Positions 1-9,757 are shown, counted from the stretch's first letter. The stretch is 64,000 nt of DNA from Bacteroidia bacterium (GCA_016742095.1 JACVCJ010000014.1:17777-81776), one strand, 5' to 3'. Translations and numbers: made by a program. The notes: generated by a model not told the origin, from the letters alone.

Positions 1-1157
1 AGCGTGGTATTTACTTCGTGCTCATAAAAGGTCCAGAGCCGTTCGCGCTGACTGAAATCGTTGTTAAAGTAGGGCAGATCGCCTCGGTCTACATGGGCTT
101 CGCGGCCATACAGCATCGAAAGGGTAACGGTATTGTTATCGTTGATAAACCAGTCCACACCGGCTTTTACCGTTGTAGCCAGCTGGGTGCGGTTCTCCTG
201 GTACTGTTGGTGAATGATGCTCCCGTTGTCGTAATAGCGGTCGGTAAATTCGTTCTTGTTCAGTATTTTCTGCCAGAGCAGGTCGCCCTGTAAGAAAAGG
301 TTGAATTTGCGGCGGCGGTAATTGAGGGAAAGTGTCGGGTTTATTTTGGGCGTAAACCGGTACTGCGGGCGAATGTCGGGCAGGTTCTCCCGCTTGCGCC
401 ACAGGGCCCCGATACCCGCGGTAAGTCCGGCCTTGCCGTTGAATCCGTCCTGTTTGTTCTTTTTCAGGATGATGTTGATGATACCCGCATTGCCGTTGGC
501 ATCGTACTTAGCTGAGGGATTGTGAATGATCTCTATACGTTCTATGGCAGAGGCCGGAATGTTATCGAGCCCGGCCTGGTTGCCGAATCCGGAGAGGGCT
601 GTCTGCCGGCCGTCGACCAGTATGGTTACCTTGTCGCTGCCCCGGATGAGTATACGATTTTCAGGGTCGATGGTCACCCCGGGCAGGTTCCGCATTACCT
701 GCAGGGCCGATCCGCCGCTCTGGCTGATGTTCTCATCGCTATGGTACGTTTTTTTATCCATGCTTTCGTTCAGCTCATCCTGTTTTCCGCTGATGGTAAC
801 CCCGCTCAGCGAAGCACTCTGTGCCGTCATCTGTATATTGCCCAGGTCCAGGAACGGACTCAGTTGTCCTGTCCGCAGGGGAAGTACCTGTGTACGGTAG
901 CCCAGGTAGGAGAACGTGAGATAATATTCGCCATAGGCGATGCCAGGGATACTGAAGAGTCCCTGTTCATCGCTTATGGTCCCTGAAACGAACGTACTGT
1001 CTGTTTCATTACGCAATACAACATTTACATACGGCATGGCCGTACCGGAAGTCTGGTCACGCAATGTGCCCGAAACGGTAACCCCCGTGGTTTGTGCCTG
1101 TAAGGTAATGCTGAACAGCCAGAGCAGAAAAAAGCCGGAAAGAACAGAAGATCGCAT
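1..1157 (-). CDS. TonB-dependent outer-membrane receptor, N-terminal part (partial; C-terminus lies beyond the left edge)
   Basis: The reverse strand reads in one open frame from an ATG at 1157 to the window edge. The translation begins MRSSVLSGFFLLWLFSITLQAQTTGVTVSGTLRDQTSGTAMPYVNVVL.., a signal peptide followed by a carboxypeptidase-regulatory-like beta-sandwich and then plug-domain-like sequence (..GSALQVMRNLPGVTIDPENRILIRGSDKVTILVDGRQ..), the typical TonB-dependent receptor start in Bacteroidota. It is absent from the ORF track because it has no stop codon inside the window. Confidence 0.75.
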   Translation of the reverse strand, partial: MRSSVLSGFFLLWLFSITLQAQTTGVTVSGTLRDQTSGTAMPYVNVVLRNETDSTFVSGTISDEQGLFSIPGIAYGEYYLTFSYLGYRTQVLPLRTGQLSPFLDLGNIQMTAQSASLSGVTISGKQDELNESMDKKTYHSDENISQSGGSALQVMRNLPGVTIDPENRILIRGSDKVTILVDGRQTALSGFGNQAGLDNIPASAIERIEIIHNPSAKYDANGNAGIINIILKKNKQDGFNGKAGLTAGIGALWRKRENLPDIRPQYRFTPKINPTLSLNYRRRKFNLFLQGDLLWQKILNKNEFTDRYYDNGSIIHQQYQENRTQLATTVKAGVDWFINDNNTVTLSMLYGREAHVDRGDLPYFNNDFSQRERLWTFYEHEVNTT

Positions 1158-1158
1158 A

Positions 1159-1575
1159 TTAATGAGCTACCGTTTTTACATATGTACCGTTTTCATCGAA
1201 AATAAGGTCTTTGTCGCCGGTTTCGGCTTCATAACTCACGTGTCCGGAGGCGTCACGGATGTGCGCGGCTTCAGTGATCTTTGTCCCGGAAAGGTTCTGT
1301 GAAATATAGGCGTGTACGGCAGCGGGCAGCGAGTCAGCCGGAATTTCATACTCGGTTTCCAGGAGTTGCCCGGAAGCGTCGAACAGGGCCGAGTATTCCT
1401 TACTGTCCATGGTAAATTCCGCTTCGAAATTTGCATCCTCTTTTTCCCATTCCGTATCGGCAGCCGCCGGAAATTGCTGACGGAATGCCGATCTTACAGC
1501 TTCGGGAACGGAATCCCCGGAGCAGGAACAGAACAGAGCCAGAAGGCTTACGGAAAGGAGCGTTTTTGTTTTCAT
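1159..1575 (-). CDS. PepSY-like / putative beta-lactamase-inhibitor-like lipoprotein
   Basis: The ORF (track 1159..1605) uses the internal ATG at 1575 (MKTKTLLSVSLLALFCSCSGD) and has a lipoprotein signal with a Cys lipobox. It is small (~138 aa), acidic and repeat-like, as PepSY-like proteins are, and such proteins are commonly encoded next to TonB receptors and two-component systems in Bacteroidota. Confidence 0.55.
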   Translation of the reverse strand: MKTKTLLSVSLLALFCSCSGDSVPEAVRSAFRQQFPAAADTEWEKEDANFEAEFTMDSKEYSALFDASGQLLETEYEIPADSLPAAVHAYISQNLSGTKITEAAHIRDASGHVSYEAETGDKDLIFDENGTYVKTVAH

Positions 1576-1637
1576 AACCTTGTATTGTATTAAATTACAA
1601 GACAAAGTTCAGGGGCAATTTCGAAGAAATCCTGAAT

Positions 1638-2927
1638 TCAGAACCTCACGCTGAAAATATGTTCTCGGGCGGCGAATGTATAGTTCAGCTGCCAGTCATA
1701 GCGCAGGGCGATCTGTTGTACAATGGCCAGTCCGAGCCCGGTACCGGGTGTTTCTGTGGAAGCACGCCCGAAGCGCCGGAACAGAGCGTCCGGGTCCAGG
1801 GCGCTGCTGCCGGAATTCCGCACCCGCAGCAGACCTTTGTGCAGGGTTATATGCAGGTTGCCGCCGTTCTTCGTGTGTCGTATGGCATTCAGAAGCAGGT
1901 TGCTGCTCAGTATCTCGGCCAGTACACGGTTCCCCCGGATATACACACCGTCTTCTATATCCGTAGATACCTGCAGCTGTTTTTCAGCAATGTGTTCCTG
2001 CAGCAGCTCAAGGCATTCCCGGGTAAGCAGGCTCAGGTCTATCGTTTCCCGCTCGCTGAACTGCCTGTTCTCGATACGGGCCAGCAGCAGCAGGTTTTTA
2101 TTGATGCGGTAGGCCCTGGTGAGTGTGCGGTTTATGGCTTCCACGGTCTCGTACTGCTCTTTGCTCAGCGCACTGCTTTGCAGCAGTATGTCCAGTTTGG
2201 AGCGGATAATGGCCAGCGGGGTCTGTAATTCGTGGGCAGCGTTCTCCGTAAATTCTTTCTGCTGGCGGAACACCGAAATGTTTTTGCCGATCAGTTCTTC
2301 CAGCTGCCGGTTCAGTTCATTAAATTCCAGCACATCGCTCTGCGGCAGACTGATGTTCTGTTCGCCCTCCAGGTTGAAGCTGCGCAGGCGCTGCAGGGTA
2401 TCGTAAAAAGGATGCCAGAAACGGAGCGAAAGCCGGCGGTTCAGCAGGATAAACCCGCCGGAAAGCAACAGGAAAAACAGCAGGGTAACGCCGGCAATGG
2501 CCAGTATGGTCTCATCGGTCTCTTCCATATTGGTTTCCAGCAACAGTCGGTAGGTACGGCCGTGAATGCGTATATAGGTACGCAGTCCGCGGAACTGTTC
2601 ACGGTCCTGCTGAAAATCATCAAAACGGATCTGGGTATAGGTACTGTCCGGCCGTACCTGTGATGCATCGGTTTCCCGGAACGAAGAACCCGGGTTTACG
2701 GCATTCCATACCAGTAGCGTGTGTTGCAGGGCCGAGTCGGACAGGGGCAATGCATTCATTTCCTGTTCGATCTTTGCCTTAATGTTCAGGTGGTGTTTAT
2801 CCAGTTCGTTCACCCAGATATAATCGACCAGGAAATAGTACACGGGTATGCTCAGCACCAGCACCAGCAGGGCGTACAGGGTAAGCGGACGTATGGTCTT
2901 GTTCAGCAGTCTGTTCATTCTTCCCAT
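1638..2927 (-). CDS. two-component sensor histidine kinase
   Basis: Two transmembrane segments are followed by an H-box (AHELQTPLAIIRS), an N-box (LLNAIRHTKNGGNLHITL) and a G-box (GTGLGLAIVQQIA). It overlaps the upstream response-regulator gene. An alternative ATG at 2918 gives the classic ATGA 4-bp overlap with the regulator's stop codon. Confidence 0.85.
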   Translation of the reverse strand: MGRMNRLLNKTIRPLTLYALLVLVLSIPVYYFLVDYIWVNELDKHHLNIKAKIEQEMNALPLSDSALQHTLLVWNAVNPGSSFRETDASQVRPDSTYTQIRFDDFQQDREQFRGLRTYIRIHGRTYRLLLETNMEETDETILAIAGVTLLFFLLLSGGFILLNRRLSLRFWHPFYDTLQRLRSFNLEGEQNISLPQSDVLEFNELNRQLEELIGKNISVFRQQKEFTENAAHELQTPLAIIRSKLDILLQSSALSKEQYETVEAINRTLTRAYRINKNLLLLARIENRQFSERETIDLSLLTRECLELLQEHIAEKQLQVSTDIEDGVYIRGNRVLAEILSSNLLLNAIRHTKNGGNLHITLHKGLLRVRNSGSSALDPDALFRRFGRASTETPGTGLGLAIVQQIALRYDWQLNYTFAAREHIFSVRF

Positions 2928-3589
2928 TTATAGCCGCTGCCGTATACGGTTTTGAGATAGGGGGCACAGCCGGCAGCGCTGAGTTTACGTTTCAGGTTTT
3001 TGATGTGTGCGTATATGAAATCGTGACTATCGAGCATATCGGCAAAATCGCCGGAAAGATGTTCGGCCAGTATACTTTTGGAAAGAACGCGGTTGCGGTT
3101 CCCGATGAAATACAGCAGCAGATCGAACTCCTTTTTGGTGAGCGGCACTTCGGTTCCGTTTACAAAAGCGTTCCTCGACAGCAGGTCGATAAACAGTTCT
3201 CCGTGTTGTATGTGATTGCTGTTGGCAAACTGTTTGCGGCGGATCAGGGAATAGATGCGGGCGGCCAGTTCGGGCAGGTGAAAGGGTTTGGCCAGGTAAT
3301 CGTCGGCCCCGGTCTGCAGGCCCTGTATTTTATCGTCGAGGGAGTCCCGGGCCGAAATAATGATCACGCCATCCTGTTTTCCCAGGCGCCGCAGTTCGTG
3401 CAGGAGGCTCATCCCTTCGCCGCCGGGCAGCATCAGGTCCAGCAGGATACAGTCGTAATCATAGGCGCTCAGCTTGTCCATGGCGGCAGAGAAAGTGGCC
3501 GCCGTTTCACAGCGGTACTGCTGGCCGGAAAGATAATCGGCCATACTGCGTGCCAGCTCGGGCTCGTCCTCTATGATCAGGATCTTCAT
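2915..3589 (-). CDS. OmpR/PhoB-family response regulator (receiver domain plus winged-helix DNA-binding domain)
   Basis: It starts MKILIIEDEPELARSMADYL with the phospho-acceptor Asp in a CILLDLMLPGGEG context, and ends in a winged-helix domain (..RVLSKSILAEHLSG...YLKTVYGSGYKWEE). Confidence 0.9.
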   Translation of the reverse strand: MKILIIEDEPELARSMADYLSGQQYRCETAATFSAAMDKLSAYDYDCILLDLMLPGGEGMSLLHELRRLGKQDGVIIISARDSLDDKIQGLQTGADDYLAKPFHLPELAARIYSLIRRKQFANSNHIQHGELFIDLLSRNAFVNGTEVPLTKKEFDLLLYFIGNRNRVLSKSILAEHLSGDFADMLDSHDFIYAHIKNLKRKLSAAGCAPYLKTVYGSGYKWEE

Positions 3590-3610
3590 ACAACGAATGT
3601 ACCGGATGAA

Positions 3611-3631
3611 TTCTGAATTTTTTCTGAATTT
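3611..3631 (-). promoter_or_regulatory. perfect tandem direct repeat TTCTGAATTT (x2, 11-bp register) 22-42 bp upstream of the response-regulator start codon; candidate OmpR-family binding site
   Basis: The copies at 3611-3620 and 3622-3631 are read directly from the sequence. The one-helical-turn spacing is typical of OmpR/PhoB direct-repeat boxes, which suggests autoregulation. Confidence 0.3.
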
Positions 3632-3762
3632 CTAAAAAATAACCCTACACTATAGGTCGCGTCGGCCCTCTTACCTCCGGACCCCGGACTTCCGGACTGG
3701 GGACTTCCGCGCCAGCCTCTTTTACCTCCGGACTTTCGGACTTCAGACTCCGGACTTTCTGA

Positions 3763-4791
3763 CTAAACCACATTCACTTCCCGTTCCAGCTCCACGCCAA
3801 AACGTTGCTGTACATCGTGCAGGATGCGTTCGCTGAGTTGCCAGATCTGGTCTCCGGAAGCCTGGCCGTAGTTTACGAGTACCAGGGCCTGTAGCTTGTG
3901 TACACCGGCATCGCCTTCGCGGAAGCCTTTCCAGCCGCTTTTTTCAATAAGCCAGCCGGCCGGTATTTTTATCGTGCCCGGTTCGGTACCCGGGAAAGAA
4001 GGCATATCCGGATGTTCGTTTTTGATGCGTTCGTATTCCGATACAGCCACGGAAGGATTCTTGAAAAAACTCCCCGCATTCCCGATCTGTGCCGGGTCGG
4101 GCAGTTTAGAGCTGCGTATATTGATCACGGCCTTGCTGATGCTCTGTACACCGGGTTCGGCCTGCATTTTTTCGAGTTCCTGTGCAATGGCGCCGTAGGC
4201 GGTATGAAAAACGGAAGGCTCTTTCTGCAGGCGCAGCGTTACACTGCCGATCACGTATTCGCCTTTATGTACGTTTTTGAATACAGAGTTGCGGTAACCG
4301 AATTTACAATCGTCCGCTGAAAAAGTATGCCATTCGCCGGTCGGGATATGACAGGCTTCCAGTTCGTGGAAAATGTCTTTCAGTTCCACGCCGTAGGCCC
4401 CGATGTTCTGCATAGGGCCGGCACCGGCCGTTCCGGGGATCAGCGACAGGTTTTCCATGCCGCCCAGGTTGCGTTCCACGGCCCAGAGCACCCACTGATG
4501 CCAGATAACGCCGGCTCCGGCACGCACCCACACCTGTTGCGCATCTTCGCGTACGATCTCAATGCCGCTCATGGTATTATGTGCGGTAAGTCCTTCCCAG
4601 TCACGCGTGAACAGGATATTGCTGCCGCCGCCCAGTATGAGCAGGGGCAGTTTTTTTTCGCGCACATAGGCCAGGGTCTCCGCCAGTTCGTCTGCCGTGG
4701 AAAAACGGCAGAATTCCCGGCTCCGGGCTTCGATCCCGAAGGTATTTAGCCTGCGCAGTGAATGATTTTTTTCCGTGATCATTGTTGGCAA
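3763..4791 (-). CDS. murB: UDP-N-acetylenolpyruvoylglucosamine reductase (MurB)
   Basis: The 342-aa product has a FAD-binding PCMH-type N-terminus (LPLLILGGGSNILF) and a MurB C-terminal domain. Confidence 0.9.
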   Translation of the reverse strand: MPTMITEKNHSLRRLNTFGIEARSREFCRFSTADELAETLAYVREKKLPLLILGGGSNILFTRDWEGLTAHNTMSGIEIVREDAQQVWVRAGAGVIWHQWVLWAVERNLGGMENLSLIPGTAGAGPMQNIGAYGVELKDIFHELEACHIPTGEWHTFSADDCKFGYRNSVFKNVHKGEYVIGSVTLRLQKEPSVFHTAYGAIAQELEKMQAEPGVQSISKAVINIRSSKLPDPAQIGNAGSFFKNPSVAVSEYERIKNEHPDMPSFPGTEPGTIKIPAGWLIEKSGWKGFREGDAGVHKLQALVLVNYGQASGDQIWQLSERILHDVQQRFGVELEREVNVV

Positions 4792-4815
4792 AATTCCTCA
4801 AAAAAATCGGCTTAC

Positions 4816-5973
4816 ATGACAAACAACTCTATTTTTGTACACAGAACTATGTCAACAGGAAGCAAAAGCATCATCGTGCCCGTGATCAACGATCTCTGTA
4901 CCGATCAGCGGGTATTGCGGCTCTGTGCCTGGTGGCACGCCCGCGGGTATGCCGTTACGCTGTACGGCCGTCTGCTGCCCGGCAGCCTGCCCATGAACGA
5001 TCTGCCCTACCGCATTGTTCGTAAAAAGCACTTTTTTAATACGGGTATGTTGTTTTACGCAGAATACTCCATTCGTTTAAGTATCTTTTTGTTACAGAAC
5101 AAAAGCGCCTGGATATGGAGCAACGACCTGGACACCCTGCCGGCCTCGGCCCTGGCCAAACGCCTTTCGCCCGGACGAAAACTCGTGTACGACTCACACG
5201 AACTCTTTACCGAAGTGCCCGAACTGCAGCACAATGCCTTCGCACGGAACGTCTGGCTTTTTTTTGAACAGTGGTGTATACCTGCTGTGGATCATGCATT
5301 CACCGTAAATAAAAGCATTGCAGATATCTATACGAAAAAATACGGCAAACCCTTCCGTATCCTGCGTAATATGCCTTACCGCCTGAAGCAGAAACCGGCT
5401 GCGACCCGTGCGGACCTCGGCTTACCTGCGGAAAAAAAGATCATCCTGCTGCAGGGGAGCGGCATCAATGTGCAACGGGGGGCTGAAGAGGCCGTGGAAG
5501 CCATGAAATACCTGCAGACAGACGCTTTGTTGCTCATCATTGGCAGCGGCGATGTGATCCCGCAGCTGAAAAGCTATGTTACGAAAAACGAACTACAGGA
5601 TAAAGTATGGTTCCTGCCCCGCAAACCCTTTTCCGAACTGCTGAAATACACCGTAAATGCCGATATCGGTCTCAGCCTCGACAAGGATACCAATCTCAAC
5701 TACCGCTATTCCCTGCCCAATAAGATATTCGATTATATACAGGCGGGCATTCCCGTACTGGTATCCGATCTGCCGGAACTGCGGCGTATCGTAACGGAAT
5801 ACAACGTGGGAGAGGTCTTACAGGAACACAGTTCCCGGCAGCTGGCCGCGCAGCTCGACACCATGCTGGCTTCCCCCGGCAGGCTGAACGAATGGCGCAC
5901 GAACGCGGAATCCGCTGCCCGCATACTCTGCCGCGAAGAAGAAGAAAAAGTACTGGAATCATTACCTTTGTAA
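4816..5973 (+). CDS. glycosyltransferase, GT-B fold (family 1/4 like)
   Basis: The ORF track starts it at 4762, but the ATGs at 4816 or 4849 avoid overlap with murB. The C-terminal half has a GT1-type motif (..ILLQGSGINVQRGAEEAVEAM... E..IPVLVSDLPELRRIV). Confidence 0.75.
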   Translation: MTNNSIFVHRTMSTGSKSIIVPVINDLCTDQRVLRLCAWWHARGYAVTLYGRLLPGSLPMNDLPYRIVRKKHFFNTGMLFYAEYSIRLSIFLLQNKSAWIWSNDLDTLPASALAKRLSPGRKLVYDSHELFTEVPELQHNAFARNVWLFFEQWCIPAVDHAFTVNKSIADIYTKKYGKPFRILRNMPYRLKQKPAATRADLGLPAEKKIILLQGSGINVQRGAEEAVEAMKYLQTDALLLIIGSGDVIPQLKSYVTKNELQDKVWFLPRKPFSELLKYTVNADIGLSLDKDTNLNYRYSLPNKIFDYIQAGIPVLVSDLPELRRIVTEYNVGEVLQEHSSRQLAAQLDTMLASPGRLNEWRTNAESAARILCREEEEKVLESLPL

Positions 5974-7152
5974 ATGAAAGAACGCATGACACAGACGATC
6001 GTATTATTTGATGACCCCGAAACCCGTGCACAGCTGCTGCCGCTCACGTTTACACGTCCGGTGGGCGATATACGCACGGGCATATATACCCAGGCCCAGC
6101 GCTGGAAACGCTTTTCCGGATGTGAGGTGTACTTTGAGACCCAGGAATATTTACGCAACAAGTTTAAACCTTTCGGGGGCAGCGATGTCTTATCTATAGA
6201 CGGAGCCATTGTGGCCACGCAGGCGTTGTGGGAACGGATCAGCAAGCTGCAGCAGGGAGAGGCCCTGTATCACGGGGATAAACGCATCGCTTTGTGTGGT
6301 GTTACGGAAAACGTACGTGTGGAGTATACCGGAGAACTGCTGGATATCCGCCGCCCCTGGGATATTTTTTCCAAAGCGGCCGAAGTGCTCGATATCGACT
6401 ATGACCTGGCCGTGAATGGCCGCCGTTCCGGTCCGCTGCCGGAAAGCAACACGCTGATCGGTCCGCCCGAGAACCTCTTTATCGAGGACGGGGCCGTTAT
6501 CGAAGGGGCCATCATCAATGTGAGCAAAGGTCCCGTTTTTATTGACCGGGATGCCGAGATCATGGAAGGCAGTATGGTACGCGGCCCATTTTACCTCGGC
6601 GAACACAGTCAGCTGAAGATGGGCGCCAAAATTTACGGGGCCTGCGTATTCGGTCCGCACGTAAAAGTGGGCGGTGAAGTGAACAACTCCGTCATCTTCG
6701 GCTACAGCAGCAAAGCCCACGACGGTTTCCTCGGAAACAGCGTACTGGGCGAATGGTGTAACCTGGGCGCCGATACCAACAACAGCAACCTCAAGAACAA
6801 CTACGCACAGGTAAAACTGTGGAGTTATGTAAAAGAGGGCTTTGTAAATACGGGTCTGCAGTTTTGCGGGCTCATCATGGCCGACCACAGCAAATGCGGT
6901 ATCAATACCATGTTCAATACAGGTACCGTGGTTGGGGTGAGCGCAAATATTTTTGGGGCGGGATTCCCCAGAAACTTCTTACCTTCGTTCTCGTGGGGCG
7001 GTCCCCAGGGAATGCAGGAATACCAGGTAAAACAGGCCGTACAGACGGCAGAGCTGGTATTTGCGCGCAGGGGCATGGTTTTTGATGATACAGAAAAAGA
7101 GCTGTTCGCCGAAATTTTTGCGCAGACAGCCCGATACAGAACCGGATTATAA
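5974..7152 (+). CDS. GlmU-like left-handed beta-helix protein (putative sugar nucleotidyltransferase / acyltransferase, DUF4954-type)
   Basis: The ATG directly follows the glycosyltransferase stop. The product has hexapeptide-repeat-rich segments (IGPPENLFIEDGAVIEGAIINVSKGPVFIDRDAEIMEGSMVRGPFYLGEHSQLKMGAKIYGACVFGPHVKVGGEVNNSVIFGY...), and its N-terminus (TIVLFDDPETRAQLLPLTFTRPV) is typical of the Bacteroidota GlmU-like family. Confidence 0.65.
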   Translation: MKERMTQTIVLFDDPETRAQLLPLTFTRPVGDIRTGIYTQAQRWKRFSGCEVYFETQEYLRNKFKPFGGSDVLSIDGAIVATQALWERISKLQQGEALYHGDKRIALCGVTENVRVEYTGELLDIRRPWDIFSKAAEVLDIDYDLAVNGRRSGPLPESNTLIGPPENLFIEDGAVIEGAIINVSKGPVFIDRDAEIMEGSMVRGPFYLGEHSQLKMGAKIYGACVFGPHVKVGGEVNNSVIFGYSSKAHDGFLGNSVLGEWCNLGADTNNSNLKNNYAQVKLWSYVKEGFVNTGLQFCGLIMADHSKCGINTMFNTGTVVGVSANIFGAGFPRNFLPSFSWGGPQGMQEYQVKQAVQTAELVFARRGMVFDDTEKELFAEIFAQTARYRTGL

Positions 7153-7168
7153 AAAACAGATGATTAAT

Positions 7169-7672
7169 ATGAAAAAGTGGATCATTATCTGGAGCCTGGC
7201 CCTGCTGGGAGTGCAACAGGCAAACGCACAACACACGGAATCGATTCCGTTCGAGTCCATCCTGCAGAAGATCTCTGCCGAAAAAGGGATCGTAGTACTG
7301 AACCTCTGGGCTACCTGGTGCAAGCCCTGTGTAACCGAACTTCCGCATTTTCAGAAATTACAGGACAGCCTTGCCGGGGCCAATTTCCAGGTGTGGCTGG
7401 GCAGCGCCGACCTTTCGGCACAGGTAAAGAACGTAGCGCCCTTCCTGGCGGCTAAGGAGCTTACCATGAGATCGTTCCATATTTCCGATGCGGGCGACTC
7501 CAACTGGATCAACAAGGCCGATCCTTCCTTCAGCGGAGCCATACCGGCCACACTGGTGTTCAGGGACGGCGTAAAAGTGGGCTTTCATGAAGGCGCCTTC
7601 AACGAAGAAGAACTGTTCACCTTTATTGCCCAGTACCGCAGCGAACGCCACGACCATAAAGATCACAAATAA
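7169..7672 (+). CDS. TlpA/ResA-like thiol-disulfide oxidoreductase (thioredoxin fold)
   Basis: There is a signal peptide (MKKWIIIWSLALLGVQQANAQ) and a WCKPC CxxC active site. The start is taken at the internal ATG at 7169 of track ORF 7061..7672. Confidence 0.75.
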   Translation: MKKWIIIWSLALLGVQQANAQHTESIPFESILQKISAEKGIVVLNLWATWCKPCVTELPHFQKLQDSLAGANFQVWLGSADLSAQVKNVAPFLAAKELTMRSFHISDAGDSNWINKADPSFSGAIPATLVFRDGVKVGFHEGAFNEEELFTFIAQYRSERHDHKDHK

Positions 7673-7698
7673 ACGTCACTAATTACAAAATAAAATAA

Positions 7699-8298
7699 AT
7701 GAAAACTGTATTCACCGTACTGATGATGAGCCTGGGACTGAGCGCCCTGGCACAGGGTTACAAAATAGGCGACAAGGTTAAGGACTTTACCCTGAAGAAC
7801 GTGGACGGCAACATGATCAGCCTGGAAACAGGCCGTGAGGCCAAGGGCGCTATCGTGGTATTTACCTGCAACCACTGTCCCTTTGCACAGGCGTACGAAC
7901 AACGTATTATCGAACTGAACGCCAGATATGCGCCGCTCGGGTATCCCGTTATCGCTATCAATCCCAACGACCCGGTAAGCGTTCCGGAAGACAGCTATGG
8001 CGAAATGCAGAAACGCGCCGCCGAAAAAGGCTACGAGTTCCCTTACCTGATCGACGAAACGCAGGAAGTGGCCAAAGCCTTCGGCGCCACACGCACGCCG
8101 CATACCTTTGTACTGCAGCTCGATAAAGGAAAATACGTGGTAAAATACATCGGCGCCATCGATAACAATACCGAAAGTGCCGAAAAAGCCACGGAGAAAT
8201 ACGTAGAAAAAGCCGTAGATGCCCTGCTGAACGGTAAAAAAGTGGAAACGACCGAGGTAAAGGCCATCGGCTGTACCATCAAATGGAAAAAAAGTTAG
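7699..8298 (+). CDS. thioredoxin-fold redoxin-family protein (CxxC = CNHC)
   Basis: It has a signal peptide and an FTCNHCPFA active-site motif in a redoxin-like ~200-aa periplasmic protein. Confidence 0.7.
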   Translation: MKTVFTVLMMSLGLSALAQGYKIGDKVKDFTLKNVDGNMISLETGREAKGAIVVFTCNHCPFAQAYEQRIIELNARYAPLGYPVIAINPNDPVSVPEDSYGEMQKRAAEKGYEFPYLIDETQEVAKAFGATRTPHTFVLQLDKGKYVVKYIGAIDNNTESAEKATEKYVEKAVDALLNGKKVETTEVKAIGCTIKWKKS

Positions 8299-8351
8299 TT
8301 AAACGATGCTAAAAGATCGATACTAACAGAAAAGCGTTGAAATATTCAGAG

Positions 8352-8384
8352 AAAGAGCTCCGTTACACAACGGAGCTTTTTTCA
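8352..8384 (+). terminator. rho-independent terminator after the thioredoxin gene
   Basis: AAAGAGCTCCGTTacacAACGGAGCTTTTTT forms an 11-12 bp stem with a 4-nt loop and a T-run. Confidence 0.6.
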
Positions 8385-8395
8385 TTTTTACACTG

Positions 8396-9757
8396 ATGAA
8401 GTCTGTAAAAAAACATATTCTACCCGTATTTGTACTCCTGCTTTTGTTTGTGGGACTGAGTTTCCTGGCGCTGATCGGTGTGGCGCAGAAAAGTACCAGT
8501 TCGCTCAAAAAAGAAAAAACATCGCTGGAGAGCAAAAAGAAATACCTGGCCAAAGAGATCGAAAAGGCCGGCAAGGAACTGAATGCCACCGCACAGAAAC
8601 AGAAAAAGACCTTAAAATACATCGACCAGCTTTCTACCAAGATCCAGTTCCGCGAAGAACTGGTGGAGACCTACCGCAGCGAGGTCTCTATACTGGAACA
8701 GGAGATCAGCGGCAACATGAAACGCAAAAAAACGCTGGAAGAACAGGAGGCCGAACTGATGAAACTGTACGGCCGTATGGTGTATTTTGCCTATAAGAAC
8801 CGCAATTCCGACGATAAATTCCTCTACGTACTGGCCTCCGACGACATGAACGAAGCTTTTTCACGGGCTTCGTACTTTAAGCGTCTGGCTTCCTTCCGCA
8901 GGGCCCAGCTCGCACAGATCAAAGGCACGCAACTGGCGCTCAGCACGGTGATCCATACCCTGGATTCGAACAAACAACAGAAAGTGAACGTGCTGCAGGC
9001 CGAAGAACAGCAGAAGACCAAACTGGAGAATGAAAAGCAGGACCAGCAGAAACTGGCCCAACAGCTCAAAGGCAAGGAAAGTGAGATCCGTAAAAAGATC
9101 AGCCGTAAGGAAACGGAACGCCAGCAGCTCGAAAATAAGATACAGGATATTGTACGTAAACTGATCGAAGAAGAGCGCAAAAAAGCAGAGGCTGCCGCGA
9201 AGAAAAAAGCTGCCGCCGCCGCTGCAAAACCGGCTGGTACGGGTTCTTCCTCATCGGGTACGGGCAGCAAACCGGCCGCATCATCATCTTCTTCGAAGCC
9301 TGCCGCAGAGGTGAACATGACCGTAACGCCCGAAACGCGTATGAAAAGCGCCTCTTTCGAAGGCAATAAGGGCAATATGCCCTGGCCGGTAGAAAAAGGA
9401 GCCATCACCGGACGTTTCGGCGTGCAGCCGCATCCGTACCTGAAAAACGTGACGGTAAAGAACGACGGTGTGGACATTACGGCGCCCGCCGGCGCTTCGG
9501 CCCGTGCCATATTCGACGGCGAAGTGAGCGGTATTTTTGCGGTGGACGGTTACGGCAAGGTCGTGATCCTGCGCCACGGCGAGTACTACACCGTATACTC
9601 CAACCTGAGTGAAGTTAACGTTAAGAAAGATACCAAAGTGAGCGCCAAACAGAAAATAGGCGCCATTATGACCGCCGAAAACGGCAAAAGTGTAATAAAT
9701 TTCCAGATACGGAAAGGCAGTGTTACACTCAATCCATCGCTCTGGCTGGCTTACTGA
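8396..9757 (+). CDS. EnvC-like murein hydrolase activator / M23 family peptidase with N-terminal coiled coil
   Basis: A signal/TM segment is followed by a long Lys/Glu/Gln-rich coiled coil and an Ala/Ser-rich linker. The C-terminal M23 (LytM) domain reads GVDITAPAGASARAIFDGEVSGIFAVDGYGKVVILRHGEYYTVYSNL. Confidence 0.8.
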   Translation: MKSVKKHILPVFVLLLLFVGLSFLALIGVAQKSTSSLKKEKTSLESKKKYLAKEIEKAGKELNATAQKQKKTLKYIDQLSTKIQFREELVETYRSEVSILEQEISGNMKRKKTLEEQEAELMKLYGRMVYFAYKNRNSDDKFLYVLASDDMNEAFSRASYFKRLASFRRAQLAQIKGTQLALSTVIHTLDSNKQQKVNVLQAEEQQKTKLENEKQDQQKLAQQLKGKESEIRKKISRKETERQQLENKIQDIVRKLIEEERKKAEAAAKKKAAAAAAKPAGTGSSSSGTGSKPAASSSSSKPAAEVNMTVTPETRMKSASFEGNKGNMPWPVEKGAITGRFGVQPHPYLKNVTVKNDGVDITAPAGASARAIFDGEVSGIFAVDGYGKVVILRHGEYYTVYSNLSEVNVKKDTKVSAKQKIGAIMTAENGKSVINFQIRKGSVTLNPSLWLAY

